Source: Microcystis aeruginosa NIES-843 (GTDB taxonomy: Bacteria > Cyanobacteriota > Cyanobacteriia > Cyanobacteriales > Microcystaceae). From it: a stretch of 32,000 nt of DNA. Position 1 is the first letter of the stretch; every line of letters starts with the position of its first letter. Shown here piece after piece: positions 1 through 10,300 of the stretch. The position numbers and the translations under genes are program-made. Location of the stretch: contig NC_010296.1 of the NCBI RefSeq assembly GCF_000010625.1, positions 5,370,001 through 5,402,000 on the forward strand, read 5' to 3'. Under the pieces are notes generated by a model. That model was not told where the DNA came from and searched no databases. It was given only the letters and a program-made list of their open reading frames with translations.

Positions 1-454
1 AGGACTGCGATCGGGTACAATATTTACACCGCAAATTGTCGGTTTTGCCAAGGCGGTAGAATTGGGCATCAAAGCGATAGAAGAAGATAACAGCCACTTA
101 AATCAGTTAAAAGCCCGTTTATGGGAGATTATCAGTCAATTAGACAGAATTTATCTCAATGGTCATCCTAGCCAAAGATTAGCCGGAAATTTAAATATTA
201 GTATTGAAGGGGTGGACGGTGCGGCGTTATTGTTAGGATTACAGCCAATAGTGGCGCTTTCCTCCGGTTCTGCCTGTTCTTCTAGCCATACCGCCCCCTC
301 TCACGTTTTAACTGCCTTGGGTCGCCCCGAATCTCTCGCTTATGCCTCCCTGCGCTTCGGGTTGAGTCGTTTTAATACTTTAGAAGAAATTGAACTGGTG
401 GGGGAACAGGTGGTTTTAACGGTTAATTCCCTCCGCAAAGCCAAAAATTTTTGA
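1..454 (+). CDS. cysteine desulfurase (class I NifS/IscS-like), C-terminal part; 5' end lies outside the window
   Basis: The frame is open from position 2 (GLRSGTIFTPQIVGFAKAVELG...). It has the active-site loop SSGSACSS and the tail LRFGLSRFNTLEEIE typical of NifS/IscS desulfurases. Confidence 0.85.
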   Translation, partial: GLRSGTIFTPQIVGFAKAVELGIKAIEEDNSHLNQLKARLWEIISQLDRIYLNGHPSQRLAGNLNISIEGVDGAALLLGLQPIVALSSGSACSSSHTAPSHVLTALGRPESLAYASLRFGLSRFNTLEEIELVGEQVVLTVNSLRKAKNF

Positions 455-516
455 AGTTTCGGCTCCTATCCACAAGTTAGTTTCGGTCTAGGTTTGAAAA
501 ATTCCGAAAAAGGTTT

Positions 517-1989
517 CTACGATTGCCTTTGACTAATTGCCGTGCCGGTTAATAACACTGATGCTTGGTTTTCAGTCCAGTGAATCATCCAACTCGGTTG
601 TAATCCCAAAACAATAATAAATAAAGCCAAGGCAATTTCGGGAAATCTTTCGGGCCAGGTACTGCGAGGAATGCGCGATAATTCGGGGGTTAAACGACCA
701 AAGAAAACCCGATTAATCATCAGGAGAAAATATACTGCGGTTAAACCACTAGCGACCAAACATAAGAGCGTTTGTATCGGAAAAATCGGGAAACTGCCCC
801 GAAAGACCAAAAATTCGGCGATAAATCCCACCATTCCGGGGATGCCGGCGCTGGCCATGGCCGCTAAAATCATTAACATTCCCGTGATTGGTAAACCTCT
901 TTCTGGATTTAATAAACCGCGTAGATAATCCACATCCCGGCTGCCGGTTTTTTTATACACCACTCCCACCAACAAAAATAACAAAGCGGAAATTAAACCG
1001 TGACTAATCATCTGCAAAATCGCCGCAGTGATGCTTAATCTGGTGGTGGCCGCCGCCGCTAGTAAAATATAGGCCATGTGGGAAATGGAAGAATAGGCGA
1101 CTACTTTTTTCATATCCTTTTGGGCAATAGCGCAACTGGCCCCGTAGAGGGCGCTGATAGCTGCTATTGTTGCTAACCAAGGGGCGAGAGTCACCCAAGC
1201 ATCAAGAAATAAACCGACTCCAAAGCGCAGCAGTCCATAGGTTCCTAATTTGAGTAATATTCCCGCTAAAAGCACAGAAACGGGGGTAGATGCTTCCACG
1301 TGGGCATCCGGTAGCCAAGTATGAAAGGGAAAAATCGGGATTTTGATGGCTAATCCAATCAGAAGGGGGATGAGGAGCAGTAATTGGGTTTTAACGTCTA
1401 AATTATTCGATAAAAGGGGGTTATAGGCGAAATTATCAGCACCGGTTAGCCAAACTAAGCCAAGGAAAGAGATTAGCACTAAAAAGCCGGAAATTGCCGT
1501 GTATAATAAAAATTTCATGCCCGCGTAACCGCGTCTTTGCCCCCCCCAAATGGCAATGAGAAAGTAAAGCGGGACGATTTCTAATTCGTAAAATAGGAAA
1601 AATAGCAGTAAATCCTGCGCTAGAAAGGCCCCCGCTACTCCGGCATTGAGTAACAAGAGCAGGGAATAGTAAAATTTCGGTCGGTTAACCTCTGTGCCAC
1701 TAGCATAAAGAGCAATTATTGTCAAGATGCTGTTAAGAAAAAGTAATGAGAATGACAATCCATCGACACCGAGGGCATAATTGAAACCGAGGAAATTAAT
1801 CCAAGGCAGGTTAACCGTGAACTGCATTTGCGGGTTACTAGGGTCAAATTGCCAGCCAAGGAGAATATTCAGCAGTAAGAGAACGACAGCAAGAGTTAGA
1901 GCTAATCCTCGCACTTTTTTCGCCTCTAGAGGCGTGTAGGCAATCAGTATCGCCCCTATAATCGGTAGCCAAATAAAAGCGTTGAGCAT
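517..1989 (-). CDS. ndhD: NAD(P)H-quinone oxidoreductase chain 4 (NdhD family; its size fits the shorter NdhD3/D4-like forms)
   Basis: 490-aa polytopic membrane protein. Complex I chain 4 motifs are present: LFFLFYELEIVPLYFLIAIWGG, FPFHTWLPDAHVEASTPVSVLLAGILLKLG. No ndhF or cup gene is adjacent. Confidence 0.85.
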   Translation of the reverse strand: MLNAFIWLPIIGAILIAYTPLEAKKVRGLALTLAVVLLLLNILLGWQFDPSNPQMQFTVNLPWINFLGFNYALGVDGLSFSLLFLNSILTIIALYASGTEVNRPKFYYSLLLLLNAGVAGAFLAQDLLLFFLFYELEIVPLYFLIAIWGGQRRGYAGMKFLLYTAISGFLVLISFLGLVWLTGADNFAYNPLLSNNLDVKTQLLLLIPLLIGLAIKIPIFPFHTWLPDAHVEASTPVSVLLAGILLKLGTYGLLRFGVGLFLDAWVTLAPWLATIAAISALYGASCAIAQKDMKKVVAYSSISHMAYILLAAAATTRLSITAAILQMISHGLISALLFLLVGVVYKKTGSRDVDYLRGLLNPERGLPITGMLMILAAMASAGIPGMVGFIAEFLVFRGSFPIFPIQTLLCLVASGLTAVYFLLMINRVFFGRLTPELSRIPRSTWPERFPEIALALFIIVLGLQPSWMIHWTENQASVLLTGTAISQRQS

Positions 1990-2198
1990 TCTTTAATGGG
2001 CATGATAAACCTTCCCATTATTGCCTGAGCGGTCAATCTTTAGCAAGATAGCTATCAACTTTTAACATTTATTAATAAAATGAGCCAGAGATTACCATTA
2101 CCAGAAATTCGTCGGGAAAAAAACAGCGATTTTGCTGCCATATACCGAGTAAATCGCTTGGCTTTTGGCTGGGAAAATGACGCTAATTTAGGAAACCC

Positions 2199-3587
2199 TC
2201 ATAACTCACCATTAAGATAACTGCTATAATTAGGGTCCGTGGTTTGACTCGGTGTCAAAAAAGTTTCAGCTAATTTAATTAAATTGGTTCGATTAATCTT
2301 CCCCTGGGGACTTTTTGGTATCTCTGGTAATTTTATCCAATGTTTCGGCAGTTTATAATTGACTAATTTATCCTTAATCAGGGATTGAATACTTGCCTGG
2401 CCTATCTGAGAGTTAACGGGTACATAAAAAGCCACAATTACCTGTCCCCATCGAGAATCTGGCAATCCTAAAACCACCACATCTTTAACTAAATCAGTTT
2501 GTCTAATGGCATTTTCTACCTCAAGAGGATAAACATTTTCTCCTCCGGTAATTATTTTTTGACTATCGCAACCAATGATATATAAATAACCACTTTTATC
2601 CAAATAACCTAAGTCATCGGTCTCGAAGTAGCTTGCTTGATTAAGATGGGGATAATAACCTAAAAATAAAGATTTAGCTTCAATAATAATTTTCTGGTTA
2701 TCGGGATTAATTTTTATCTGAGCATGGGGTAATAGCTGTCCACTACTATTATTTCCTCGTCGAAAATCTTCTGGTTTAAGAGTGACAATTTGTGAGGCAG
2801 TTTCCGTCATTCCATAGGTGGGAGATAGGCAAATATTATATTCTCTAGCTTTTTCTAGTAAAGATGGCCAGGCAGGAGAACCTCCTAGTAAAACTGTTTT
2901 AAAATTGGCTAACCATCGAGGATCATTTTCTAGAAAAAATTGTAATTGACTGGGAACTAAGGAGATAAAATAATCTTGAAGATTGAGATTATTTACACGC
3001 TTTTCTTTGATTTTATGGTAAGGAATAACAGCAAAATCTCCCCCAGTTAAAAAACTTCTCAGAAACTGCATTAAACCACTAACATGATATAAGGGCAGTA
3101 GGCAAAAAGAGTTAACCTGCTTGACTTGAAAATATTCAGAAAAACCTTTGACAGAAGCAGTTAAAGTTAACCAGTTATGGATAGCAAAGCGAATTTTTCC
3201 CGAGGTTCCTCCCGTGGGTATCATCAGAGAATTAGTCAAAGGATTGACAGGAGGAGAATTATAGTTAAAAACCTTGATATTTTCGCCAAAAATATCATCG
3301 GGTTGCATCAGAGAGAAAACCTGTTGCCATTCGTTAGTTTTCCAGTCAGGATTAGCTAAAAATAGGCAACTTTTGACCCTGACGGCAGCCAAGAATATCG
3401 CTAAAAATTTAATGGGATTGACTTCAGCAAGCAGTATAGTTAATCGAGGATTATCTGCGGCGATAAATTGCTGAGAATAGGACTGATATAATTGATAAAA
3501 TTTTTGGCTATTGTATCCATATAACCAATCTTTTTGACTGAGATATGCTAATTGTTTGCTGATGTCGTCCACAGTTTTTCCAACCAA
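2199..3587 (-). CDS. menE: o-succinylbenzoate-CoA ligase (AMP-binding enzyme)
   Basis: Adenylate-forming motifs are present: PTGGTSGKIRFA, TYGMTET, DLGYLDKSGYLYIIGCDSQKIITGGENVYP, and the C-terminal lysine region PQGKINR. It overlaps the upstream menC-like gene by 40 nt. Confidence 0.75.
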   Translation of the reverse strand: MVGKTVDDISKQLAYLSQKDWLYGYNSQKFYQLYQSYSQQFIAADNPRLTILLAEVNPIKFLAIFLAAVRVKSCLFLANPDWKTNEWQQVFSLMQPDDIFGENIKVFNYNSPPVNPLTNSLMIPTGGTSGKIRFAIHNWLTLTASVKGFSEYFQVKQVNSFCLLPLYHVSGLMQFLRSFLTGGDFAVIPYHKIKEKRVNNLNLQDYFISLVPSQLQFFLENDPRWLANFKTVLLGGSPAWPSLLEKAREYNICLSPTYGMTETASQIVTLKPEDFRRGNNSSGQLLPHAQIKINPDNQKIIIEAKSLFLGYYPHLNQASYFETDDLGYLDKSGYLYIIGCDSQKIITGGENVYPLEVENAIRQTDLVKDVVVLGLPDSRWGQVIVAFYVPVNSQIGQASIQSLIKDKLVNYKLPKHWIKLPEIPKSPQGKINRTNLIKLAETFLTPSQTTDPNYSSYLNGEL

Positions 3588-4513
3588 TCGGGGTCACTAT
3601 TATTAAACCATTGTTGCACACCAAAACCTAAAGCTCGCTCCTTTTTGGGGTATTCTTGTGCTAGACGTAGAGCGGATTTTCTGCCGATATTAGTTTCTAA
3701 AACGGAGGAAAATACTAAATCTAAGGGATATTTTTTCCAGAGATTTCTTAACCCTTGTATTGAACCGGTAATAGCAGGTTTAATCACAAAAATTCCTCGC
3801 CATCCCCGTTGATAACATTCCTCTATTTGTCTAAGATTGGCCACCGATTCATCTAAAGCAATCCCCGTGGTAAAATCTTGACTTAATTGCAACATTTCTA
3901 ACCATTGAGACGGGGGTAAAGGTTGTTCGATAAATTCAATTATTTTAGATTCATCGGCAATTTTTAACCAGATTTTACTGTCAGCAATACTTAATCCCCC
4001 ATTGGCATCTAAACGCAATTTAATGTTCCTGGGTAATCGGGTAATTAATTTTTCAAATAGTTTTAACTCTTGTGGGAGAGAATTGACCGCAATTTTCCAT
4101 TTATAAGTATTAGTTTGATTGGTGGCTAGAATATCATCCAGACAGGGAAATACTGCCGCACCGGTGGGTAATAAATAACTATAATTTCTCGGTTCTAATT
4201 CTCTTGATTTATTCTCGATACTTAAATCTTCTAAAGCTGATTCAAAGGCAAATTGACAAGCGGGAAATTGTTCAGGAATAGAAAAAATTGAATTTATTGA
4301 TAGGGGATTTTCGAGACTTTGACAGAATAATATTGCTGCCGATAATGTTTCTGAACCAAATTCAGGTAAAGGAGCAATTTCTCCCCATCCAATACGTCCA
4401 TCTTCCGCTTCTAAGCGAATAATAATTCCTTCCCTAATTTGCCAGAGTCCGTGATGGGTTTGTAGGGGATGCAGCAAAGGACGCTGATAAACACGAAATT
4501 GCCAGAAATACAT
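3548..4513 (-). CDS. menC: o-succinylbenzoate synthase (enolase superfamily)
   Basis: 321 aa with the enolase-superfamily metal-ligand pattern (KWKI, RLDANGG, IEFIEQPL, ALDES). It lies in an operon-like overlap with menE. Confidence 0.75.
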   Translation of the reverse strand: MYFWQFRVYQRPLLHPLQTHHGLWQIREGIIIRLEAEDGRIGWGEIAPLPEFGSETLSAAILFCQSLENPLSINSIFSIPEQFPACQFAFESALEDLSIENKSRELEPRNYSYLLPTGAAVFPCLDDILATNQTNTYKWKIAVNSLPQELKLFEKLITRLPRNIKLRLDANGGLSIADSKIWLKIADESKIIEFIEQPLPPSQWLEMLQLSQDFTTGIALDESVANLRQIEECYQRGWRGIFVIKPAITGSIQGLRNLWKKYPLDLVFSSVLETNIGRKSALRLAQEYPKKERALGFGVQQWFNNSDPDWLEKLWTTSANN

Positions 4514-4564
4514 GATTAACTATAAGTAGTCGTGAAAAATTAATTTTCTAGTTGAGATAGGAGA

Positions 4565-4593
4565 CCTTTCAGTAATCAGTAATCAGTGAAAGG
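4565..4593. repeat. short hairpin built on heptamer repeats (CCTTTCA GTAATCA GTAATCA G TGAAAGG)
   Basis: A 7-bp stem CCTTTCA/TGAAAGG encloses tandem GTAATCA heptamers. The same CACTGAT(A/T)A(CTGAT(A/T)A)nCTGAA family occurs at 16441 and 18979. Confidence 0.5.
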
Positions 4594-4724
4594 CTGCCGC
4601 TCAATTTTATAGAAATATCTATATCATATTTTGGGCTTGTAAGGAAGTAATCTCAATTAATTGTTAGATAGTGGGACAGGCTTCTGATTCTTTGTATTTT
4701 ATCTTTAATTGTAACCAGCTACTT

Positions 4725-4837
4725 AGTCGATGATAGGTAGTGCGTTACTTCAATCATAGTCCATCACACAATCACAGTCGATGATAGGTAGTGCGTTACT
4801 TCAATCATAGTCCATCACACAATCACAGTCGATGATA
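4725..4837 (+). repeat. 51-bp tandem repeat, 2 full copies plus 11 bp of a third copy that is interrupted by IS630
   Basis: AGTCGATGATAGGTAGTGCGTTACTTCAATCATAGTCCATCACACAATCAC occurs at 4725-4775 and 4776-4826. The third copy starts at 4827 and resumes after the IS at 5976 (TAGGTGGTGCGTTAC). Confidence 0.85.
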
Positions 4838-5975
4838 TACTTTAGACGTTCATAATCTGAGATTTATTAAACTTCTGAAATCGTAGAGTCAGCAAGGAAT
4901 CCAGTTCTTTTTTATGTTTCAAATGGGCATCATTCAAACATTCATAAATGGCTGAAGAAAAGTCAGAAAAGTTTTCATAGTATTTACCATACAAACATTT
5001 CTTTTTGACAAATTTCCACAGCCTTTCAATTAAATTTAGATTAGGCGAATAAGACGGCAAATAGAGTAGCTCTATTGACAAAGAAAGAGCCAATTCTTCA
5101 ACAATTTTACATTTTTGATAGCGGGCATTATCTAAGACTAGAGTGATGGGAATAGTTATTCCTAAAGCAGCTATTTTTGACCAGAGTTCACAGACTTGAG
5201 TTGCTGTAATATAAGTGTCATTCGTAACCAGAATAACTTCATGAGTTATTGCATTTAATGCTCCTAAAACATTGAAGCGTTTACGCCCGCTCGGTGACTT
5301 AACAAAAAGTCTCTCAAAACACCAAACAAAACCGAGAAATGCTCCCATGACGAAGTGAGCGGCATCAACAAAAAAAACAGCCCTTTTTCCTTCTTTAGCC
5401 TCATTTAGTCTGGGTTCTAGCTTTTTTTCTTTGTAGTCCTCTTGTTCATCTGGGTCAGCTTTAGAAGGAAGAGAACCTACTTTTAAACATTTCATTCCCA
5501 TTGATTTTAAAAATTTTCTCACTTGGGTAAGACTTCGTTTTATTCCCGTTAATTCTTCTATCCTATATACAGCTTCATTTATTGTGGCTGGTGGATTTTT
5601 CTCGAAGTATTTTTTGAGCGTTTCTTTTTGAGACTCTAATTCACTTTTAGGGCGATAGAAGTTGATTTCTTTTAATTTTTCTATTCCGCCTTCTTCATAA
5701 TCTCGAAGATAGGTTAATAAGGTATTTGGCGAGATTCCTGCTAACTGACAAATTTTTTTGTGCGGTATCTTTTGGCTCTTTAACCAGAGAACTTCCATCT
5801 TCAGTTGAACCCGGGGATGGGGATGATGAAATCTTTCATAATACAGTGAGTTCTTTTCTTCTTCCGTGAATTCTAGGTTAATCATGTTTTTAATGAGTGC
5901 TTTGCTTCTAATTATGACTCTTAAACTATATTATTGTCCTTGAGTAAAAAATGCAAGTTGTAGCCGTGCAAAGTA
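4838..5975 (-). mobile_element. IS630-family insertion sequence, copy type 1 (about 1.14 kb)
   Basis: Imperfect terminal inverted repeats (TACTTTAGACG... / ...CGTGCAAAGTA). A TA dinucleotide lies on both sides (4836-4837, 5976-5977). It contains a single transposase ORF. Confidence 0.85.
4842..5885 (-). CDS. IS630-family DDE transposase
   Basis: 347 aa. N-terminal HTH (ICQLAGISPNTLLTYL). DDE region: FFVDAAHF, LVLDNARYQ, LPSYSPNLNLIERLWKFVK. Confidence 0.9.
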   Translation of the reverse strand: MINLEFTEEEKNSLYYERFHHPHPRVQLKMEVLWLKSQKIPHKKICQLAGISPNTLLTYLRDYEEGGIEKLKEINFYRPKSELESQKETLKKYFEKNPPATINEAVYRIEELTGIKRSLTQVRKFLKSMGMKCLKVGSLPSKADPDEQEDYKEKKLEPRLNEAKEGKRAVFFVDAAHFVMGAFLGFVWCFERLFVKSPSGRKRFNVLGALNAITHEVILVTNDTYITATQVCELWSKIAALGITIPITLVLDNARYQKCKIVEELALSLSIELLYLPSYSPNLNLIERLWKFVKKKCLYGKYYENFSDFSSAIYECLNDAHLKHKKELDSLLTLRFQKFNKSQIMNV

Positions 5976-5977
5976 TA

Positions 5978-6044
5978 GGTGGTGCGTTACGACGGATTGT
6001 CACCTTCCAGTCAAAGCAGCAATTTTTGGCCGTCTAACGCACCC
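5978..6044. repeat. long-loop inverted repeat carrying the GGTGCGTTA motif
   Basis: GGTGCGTTACGACGG (5981-5995) pairs with CCGTCTAACGCACC (6030-6043) with one bulge. The element is squeezed between the two IS630 elements. Confidence 0.6.
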
Positions 6045-6046
6045 TA

Positions 6047-7294
6047 CTGGACTGTTTCAGCTAAAATAGGGCAATAGCTCGAACAAGCAGAGGACATCAA
6101 TCATGGGAAGAGGTCGGCGAGATAAAGTCAATCTAACAGGGGAACAAAGAGAAAACCTCGAACAAATCAGTCGTAATGGCTATGCACCAGCTAAAAAAAT
6201 TCTCCACGCTCGGATTTTGCTGATGTGTGACGAGGGAGAACAGGCGAAAAGGAAATGGACAGATGAAGAAATAGGCGAAGCTTTAGAAGTTCATAGAAAT
6301 ACAGTGGGACGTATTCGTCAAAGATTTCTTCAAAAAGGCGAAAAACCAGCATTAGAACGGAAATCGAGAAAAACTCCCCCCACTCCGGCAAAAGTTGATG
6401 GAGCCGCCGCCGCCCAAATCATTGCCCTGTGCTGTTCGGAGCCACCATCTGGCCGAGCCGAGTGGACAATCCGACTATTAACCTCGGAACTCAAACAAAG
6501 ACAAATTATCACCGAGATTTCCAGTCCAACGGTGTGGCGTACTCTAAAAAAAACCAATTACGCCCTTGGAAAACCCAAAGATACTGTATTCCGGAACAGG
6601 ATTTAGCCCGATTTGTTGCCCAGATGGAAGTTGTCCTTGACCTGTATGGCACTCAGCCATCGGAAGAAGAACCGTTAATCGCGATGGATGAAGCATCAAA
6701 GCAACTACTTGGAGAAGTTTACCCTCCGATACCCATGCAACCTGGACAAGATAAAAAAGAAGACTATCACTATAGTCGTGAAGGGGTTCAAGCCTTGTTC
6801 ATGTTTTTTGACCCCCATCGAGGATGGAGACGGGTGAGTAACCGAGATAGTCGAACCCGAATAGATTGGGCAGAAGAAATTCGTCAATTATTGGATGTGG
6901 ACTATCCAAAGGCTCGAAAAGTCAAGCTCGTCTGTGATAATCTCAACACTCATAACATAGCCTCGCTTTATGAAGCATTTCCAGCACCCGTTGCTCATCG
7001 TTTAGCTAGAAGACTGGAAATTTATTACACACCTCGTAATGGTAGCTGGTTAAATGTAGCCGAAACTGAACTAAGCGTCTTATCGAGGCAATGTTTAGAT
7101 AGAAGGATTTCTAGCAAGGAAGAACTGAAAAGGGAGATAGAAACCTGGCAAAAAGAACGTAATCAGACTGCATCTACAGTAATATGGACGTTTACGACCA
7201 GCGATGCTAGGGTCAAGCTGAAACATCTTTATCCTGTGTTTGAGGAGGAGGAATCGGGAGAATCTATTGCACCAAATTAGCTGAAACAGTCCAC
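6047..7294 (+). mobile_element. IS630-family insertion sequence, copy type 2 (1248 bp)
   Basis: About 19-bp TIRs (CTGGACTGTTTCAGCTAA / TTAGCTGAAACAGTCCAC). Flanking TA at 6045-6046 and 7295-7296. The transposase is unrelated in sequence to copy type 1. Confidence 0.9.
6103..7280 (+). CDS. IS630-family transposase encoded in two frames (orfA 6103-6553, then -1 shift, orfB to 7280)
   Basis: orfA holds the HTH part and orfB the DDE part (VCDNLNTH, YTPRNGSWLNVAETELS). The A8 run at 6546-6553 joins ...TLKK to NQLRPWKTQRYCIP, recreating the family-typical LKKNxLxPW...CIP motif. Confidence 0.85.
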
Positions 7295-7311
7295 TACAAG
7301 CTGTATTAAGA

Positions 7312-10300
7312 TTAAACTAATACAAGTATATTAGATGCGGTAAGAGTGGGTTTGGAACTGAGAGTTGCAATTTGAATGGCTGCTAGTGTACCTGTCCCGT
7401 CCCCATCAAAGAATAGTCCTCCAGTGATTGTATTATAAATAAAGCGATTGCTGGCATTTAATGCAGTTGTTCCTAACACGAATTGAGCGGCTGTAATCGC
7501 CACTCCTGCGGCTAAACCACCGCCAAAACCCGCAGCAGAGACAGTAATTTTATCCCCCTGACTGGAGAGAAAATCGGTAATTGTGTCAATCCCTTGATTG
7601 GGGTTTTTGAAGGTGAAGCGATCGCCACCTGCACCCCCTGTTATGGTATCATTACCAGTACCACCAATCAAGGTATCATTTCCCGCACTTCCTGTAAGGG
7701 TATTTTTACCACTATTACCAGTGATAATGTTATTTAATGTGTTACCTGTCCCATTAATATTTGCGGTTCCCGTTAACGTGAGGTTTTCTAGGTTATTTCC
7801 CAGGGTATAAGTAACTGATGATTGAACAGTATCTGTCCCTTGGTTGGCATTTTCCGTAATGGTATCGGTAGTAGTATCAACTTGATAAGTATCATTCCCT
7901 AAACCACCGATGAGGGTATCAATTCCTGTTGCACCATTAAGAATATTGTTACCACTATTACCGGTGATAATGTTATTTAATGTGTTACCTGTCCCGTTAA
8001 TATTTGCGGTTCCCGTTAACGTGAGGTTTTCTAGGTTATTTCCCAGGGTATAAGTAACTGATGATTGAACAGTATCTGTCCCTTGGTTGGCATTTTCCGT
8101 AATGGTATCGGTAGTAGTATCAACTTGATAAGTATCATTCCCTAAACCACCGATGAGGGTATCAATTCCTGTTGCACCATTAAGAATATTGTTACCACTA
8201 TTACCGGTGATAATGTTATTTAATGTGTTACCTGTCCCGTTAATATTTGCGGTTCCCGTTAACGTGAGGTTTTCTAGGTTATTTCCCAGGGTATAAGTAA
8301 CTGATGATTGAACAGTATCTGTCCCTTGGTTGGCATTTTCCGTAATGGTATCGGTAGTAGTATCAACTTGATAAGTATCATTCCCTAAACCACCGATGAG
8401 GGTATCAATTCCTGTTGCACCATTAAGAATATTGTTACCACTATTACCGGTGATAATGTTATTTAATGTGTTACCTGTCCCGTTAATATTTGCGGTTCCC
8501 GTTAACGTGAGGTTTTCTAGGTTATTTCCCAGGGTATAAGTAACTGATGATTGAACAGTATCTGTCCCTTGGTTGGCATTTTCCGTAATGGTATCGGTAG
8601 TAGTATCAACTTGATAAGTATCATTCCCTAAACCACCGATGAGGGTATCAATTCCTGTACCTCCATTAAGGATATTGTTACCACTATTACCGGTGATAAT
8701 GTTATTAGCAGCGTTACCTGTCCCATTAATATTTGTAGTCCCAGTTAGGGTCAGATTTTCCACATTAGCGGGTAGGGTAGTGGTGACATTAGCGGTTAAG
8801 GTGTCGCTGATGGTGACAATTCCCTTGTTATTGGTAAGAGTTGCATTGATGGGATTACTGAGGTTAATGGCAAAAGTTTCGTTTGCCTCATTGAGGTTAT
8901 CATTAAGGATGGGAATGGTAATAGTAGCAGTGGAAGTATTAGGTGCAATGGTGATAGTTCCGGTTTTGCTAGTGTAATCTACATTAGCGGTAGCGTTAAT
9001 GGGTGCAGTGGTATAGTTGAAGGTAATTGGTTGTGAATTGGGGTTATCAACTGTGACGGTGAGGATGGCATTATTATCTTTACCTTCCACTACGGTGATA
9101 TTATTGATGGAGAGTTTGGAGAAATCGTCATTAGTAATTGTCCCCGTCACTGCGGTGGCGGTCCCCACTGTATAACCAGTACCTGAAGCAAGAGTTAAAG
9201 CGACGGTTTCGTTATTTTCAACTGTAGTGTCAGCAGTGGGGTCAACTGTTACGGTAGCAGTGGATGAATTAGCAGCGAAGGTGACTGTATTGGTAGTCCC
9301 TGTACGAGTGTAGTCGGTATTGAGGGTAGCTGTCCCTCCGAGGGTGTAATTGACTGTTAAGGAATTAGTGGTTACTCCGCTACGAGTGAAGGTATAAACC
9401 AGATTTGTTGTCCCGTCTTCGTTAACACTTGCAGGGGAGACTGCTAAGCTAATAACGACAATTGTCCCTTGCTCTTCAAATGCACCAATATCTACTGTAC
9501 CACCAAAGATGCGATTGAATCCTGTTCCTCGTTGATCAAAGGGAATTTGTTCGGTCGTGTCACCATCACCATCAATATCTTCGCTATCAACAAGAATAAG
9601 GCTATTGTTTCCTGCATTAATCGCCGGACTTCCTGCTAAAAGTGCATGGGTCAGAGTTAAACCCCCATAGTTAGCTAAAGGAGCAAGTCCAGGATTAGAA
9701 TTAACAATATCAGTTCCTGTGCCAATCGTTCCTTTTGCACCAGTTAAATCACCGATAAGGTTGTAGTTATTGCCATTAAATATCGCACCAGATAACCCAG
9801 AAGAAAGTAAATCGAAACCATTAGTTGTATTATCTATATTTCCAGCAACAATTGTGTTTTTAAGAAAAAAGGTTGTACCAAGACTATAAATGCCGCCTCC
9901 ACCGCGTCGTCCAACAAATTGAGTGTCAACGACAGTATTATTGGTAATTGTGCTATTAATCAAATTAAATGTGTCACCAGAAGAATATATGCCACCTCCA
10001 GCATAACTTGCATTATTGCCACTAACGGTTGTATTGATCAAAGCCATTGAAGTACCGTTGTTCGTTATGCCTCCACCATTTCCCGCACTATTACCACTAA
10101 CAGTAGTATTGATCAGAGTCAGCGATCCAGCTACACTTGATATGCCACCTCCATAAACGCCTCCTTGATTATTATTAATTGTCGAGTTGATTGCAATTAG
10201 TGTTCCGCCTGAATTGTCAACGCCTCCGCCTTCCTGAAAACTACTACCACTAGCTATATTATTACTAACCACGCTACCCTGACGGAGATAGACAAAACCA

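Noticed and set aside
671-1198. ORFs 671-928 (+) and 1004-1198 (-, alternate frame) within ndhD
   Set aside because: They lie entirely inside a well-supported membrane-protein gene, and their basic, low-complexity translations are typical of off-frame shadows.
2080-2220. 46-codon plus-strand mini-ORF (MSQRLPLPEIRREKNSDFAAIYRVNRLAFGWENDANL...) that resembles the first strand and helix of a GNAT acetyltransferase
   Set aside because: It is too short, and its end overlaps the 3' end of menE. It may be a relic of a GNAT gene, but the similarity is only a short pattern I cannot verify without a profile search.
3177-3812. Plus-strand ORFs 3177-3359, 3274-3474 and 3552-3812 inside menE and menC
   Set aside because: They are antisense to well-supported genes and have no motifs.
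6429-6606. The tracked start of orfB at 6429 as an independent 283-aa gene, overlapping orfA by 178 nt
   Set aside because: The N-terminal ~40 residues have no family similarity. Similarity to IS630 transposases begins only at the A8 slippage site, so orfB is treated as the downstream frame of one frameshifted transposase.
7598-8977. Plus-strand ORFs 7598-7810 and 8639-8977 inside the giant gene
   Set aside because: They are antisense to the RTX repeats. The proteins are PV/L-rich low complexity generated by the repeat sequence.
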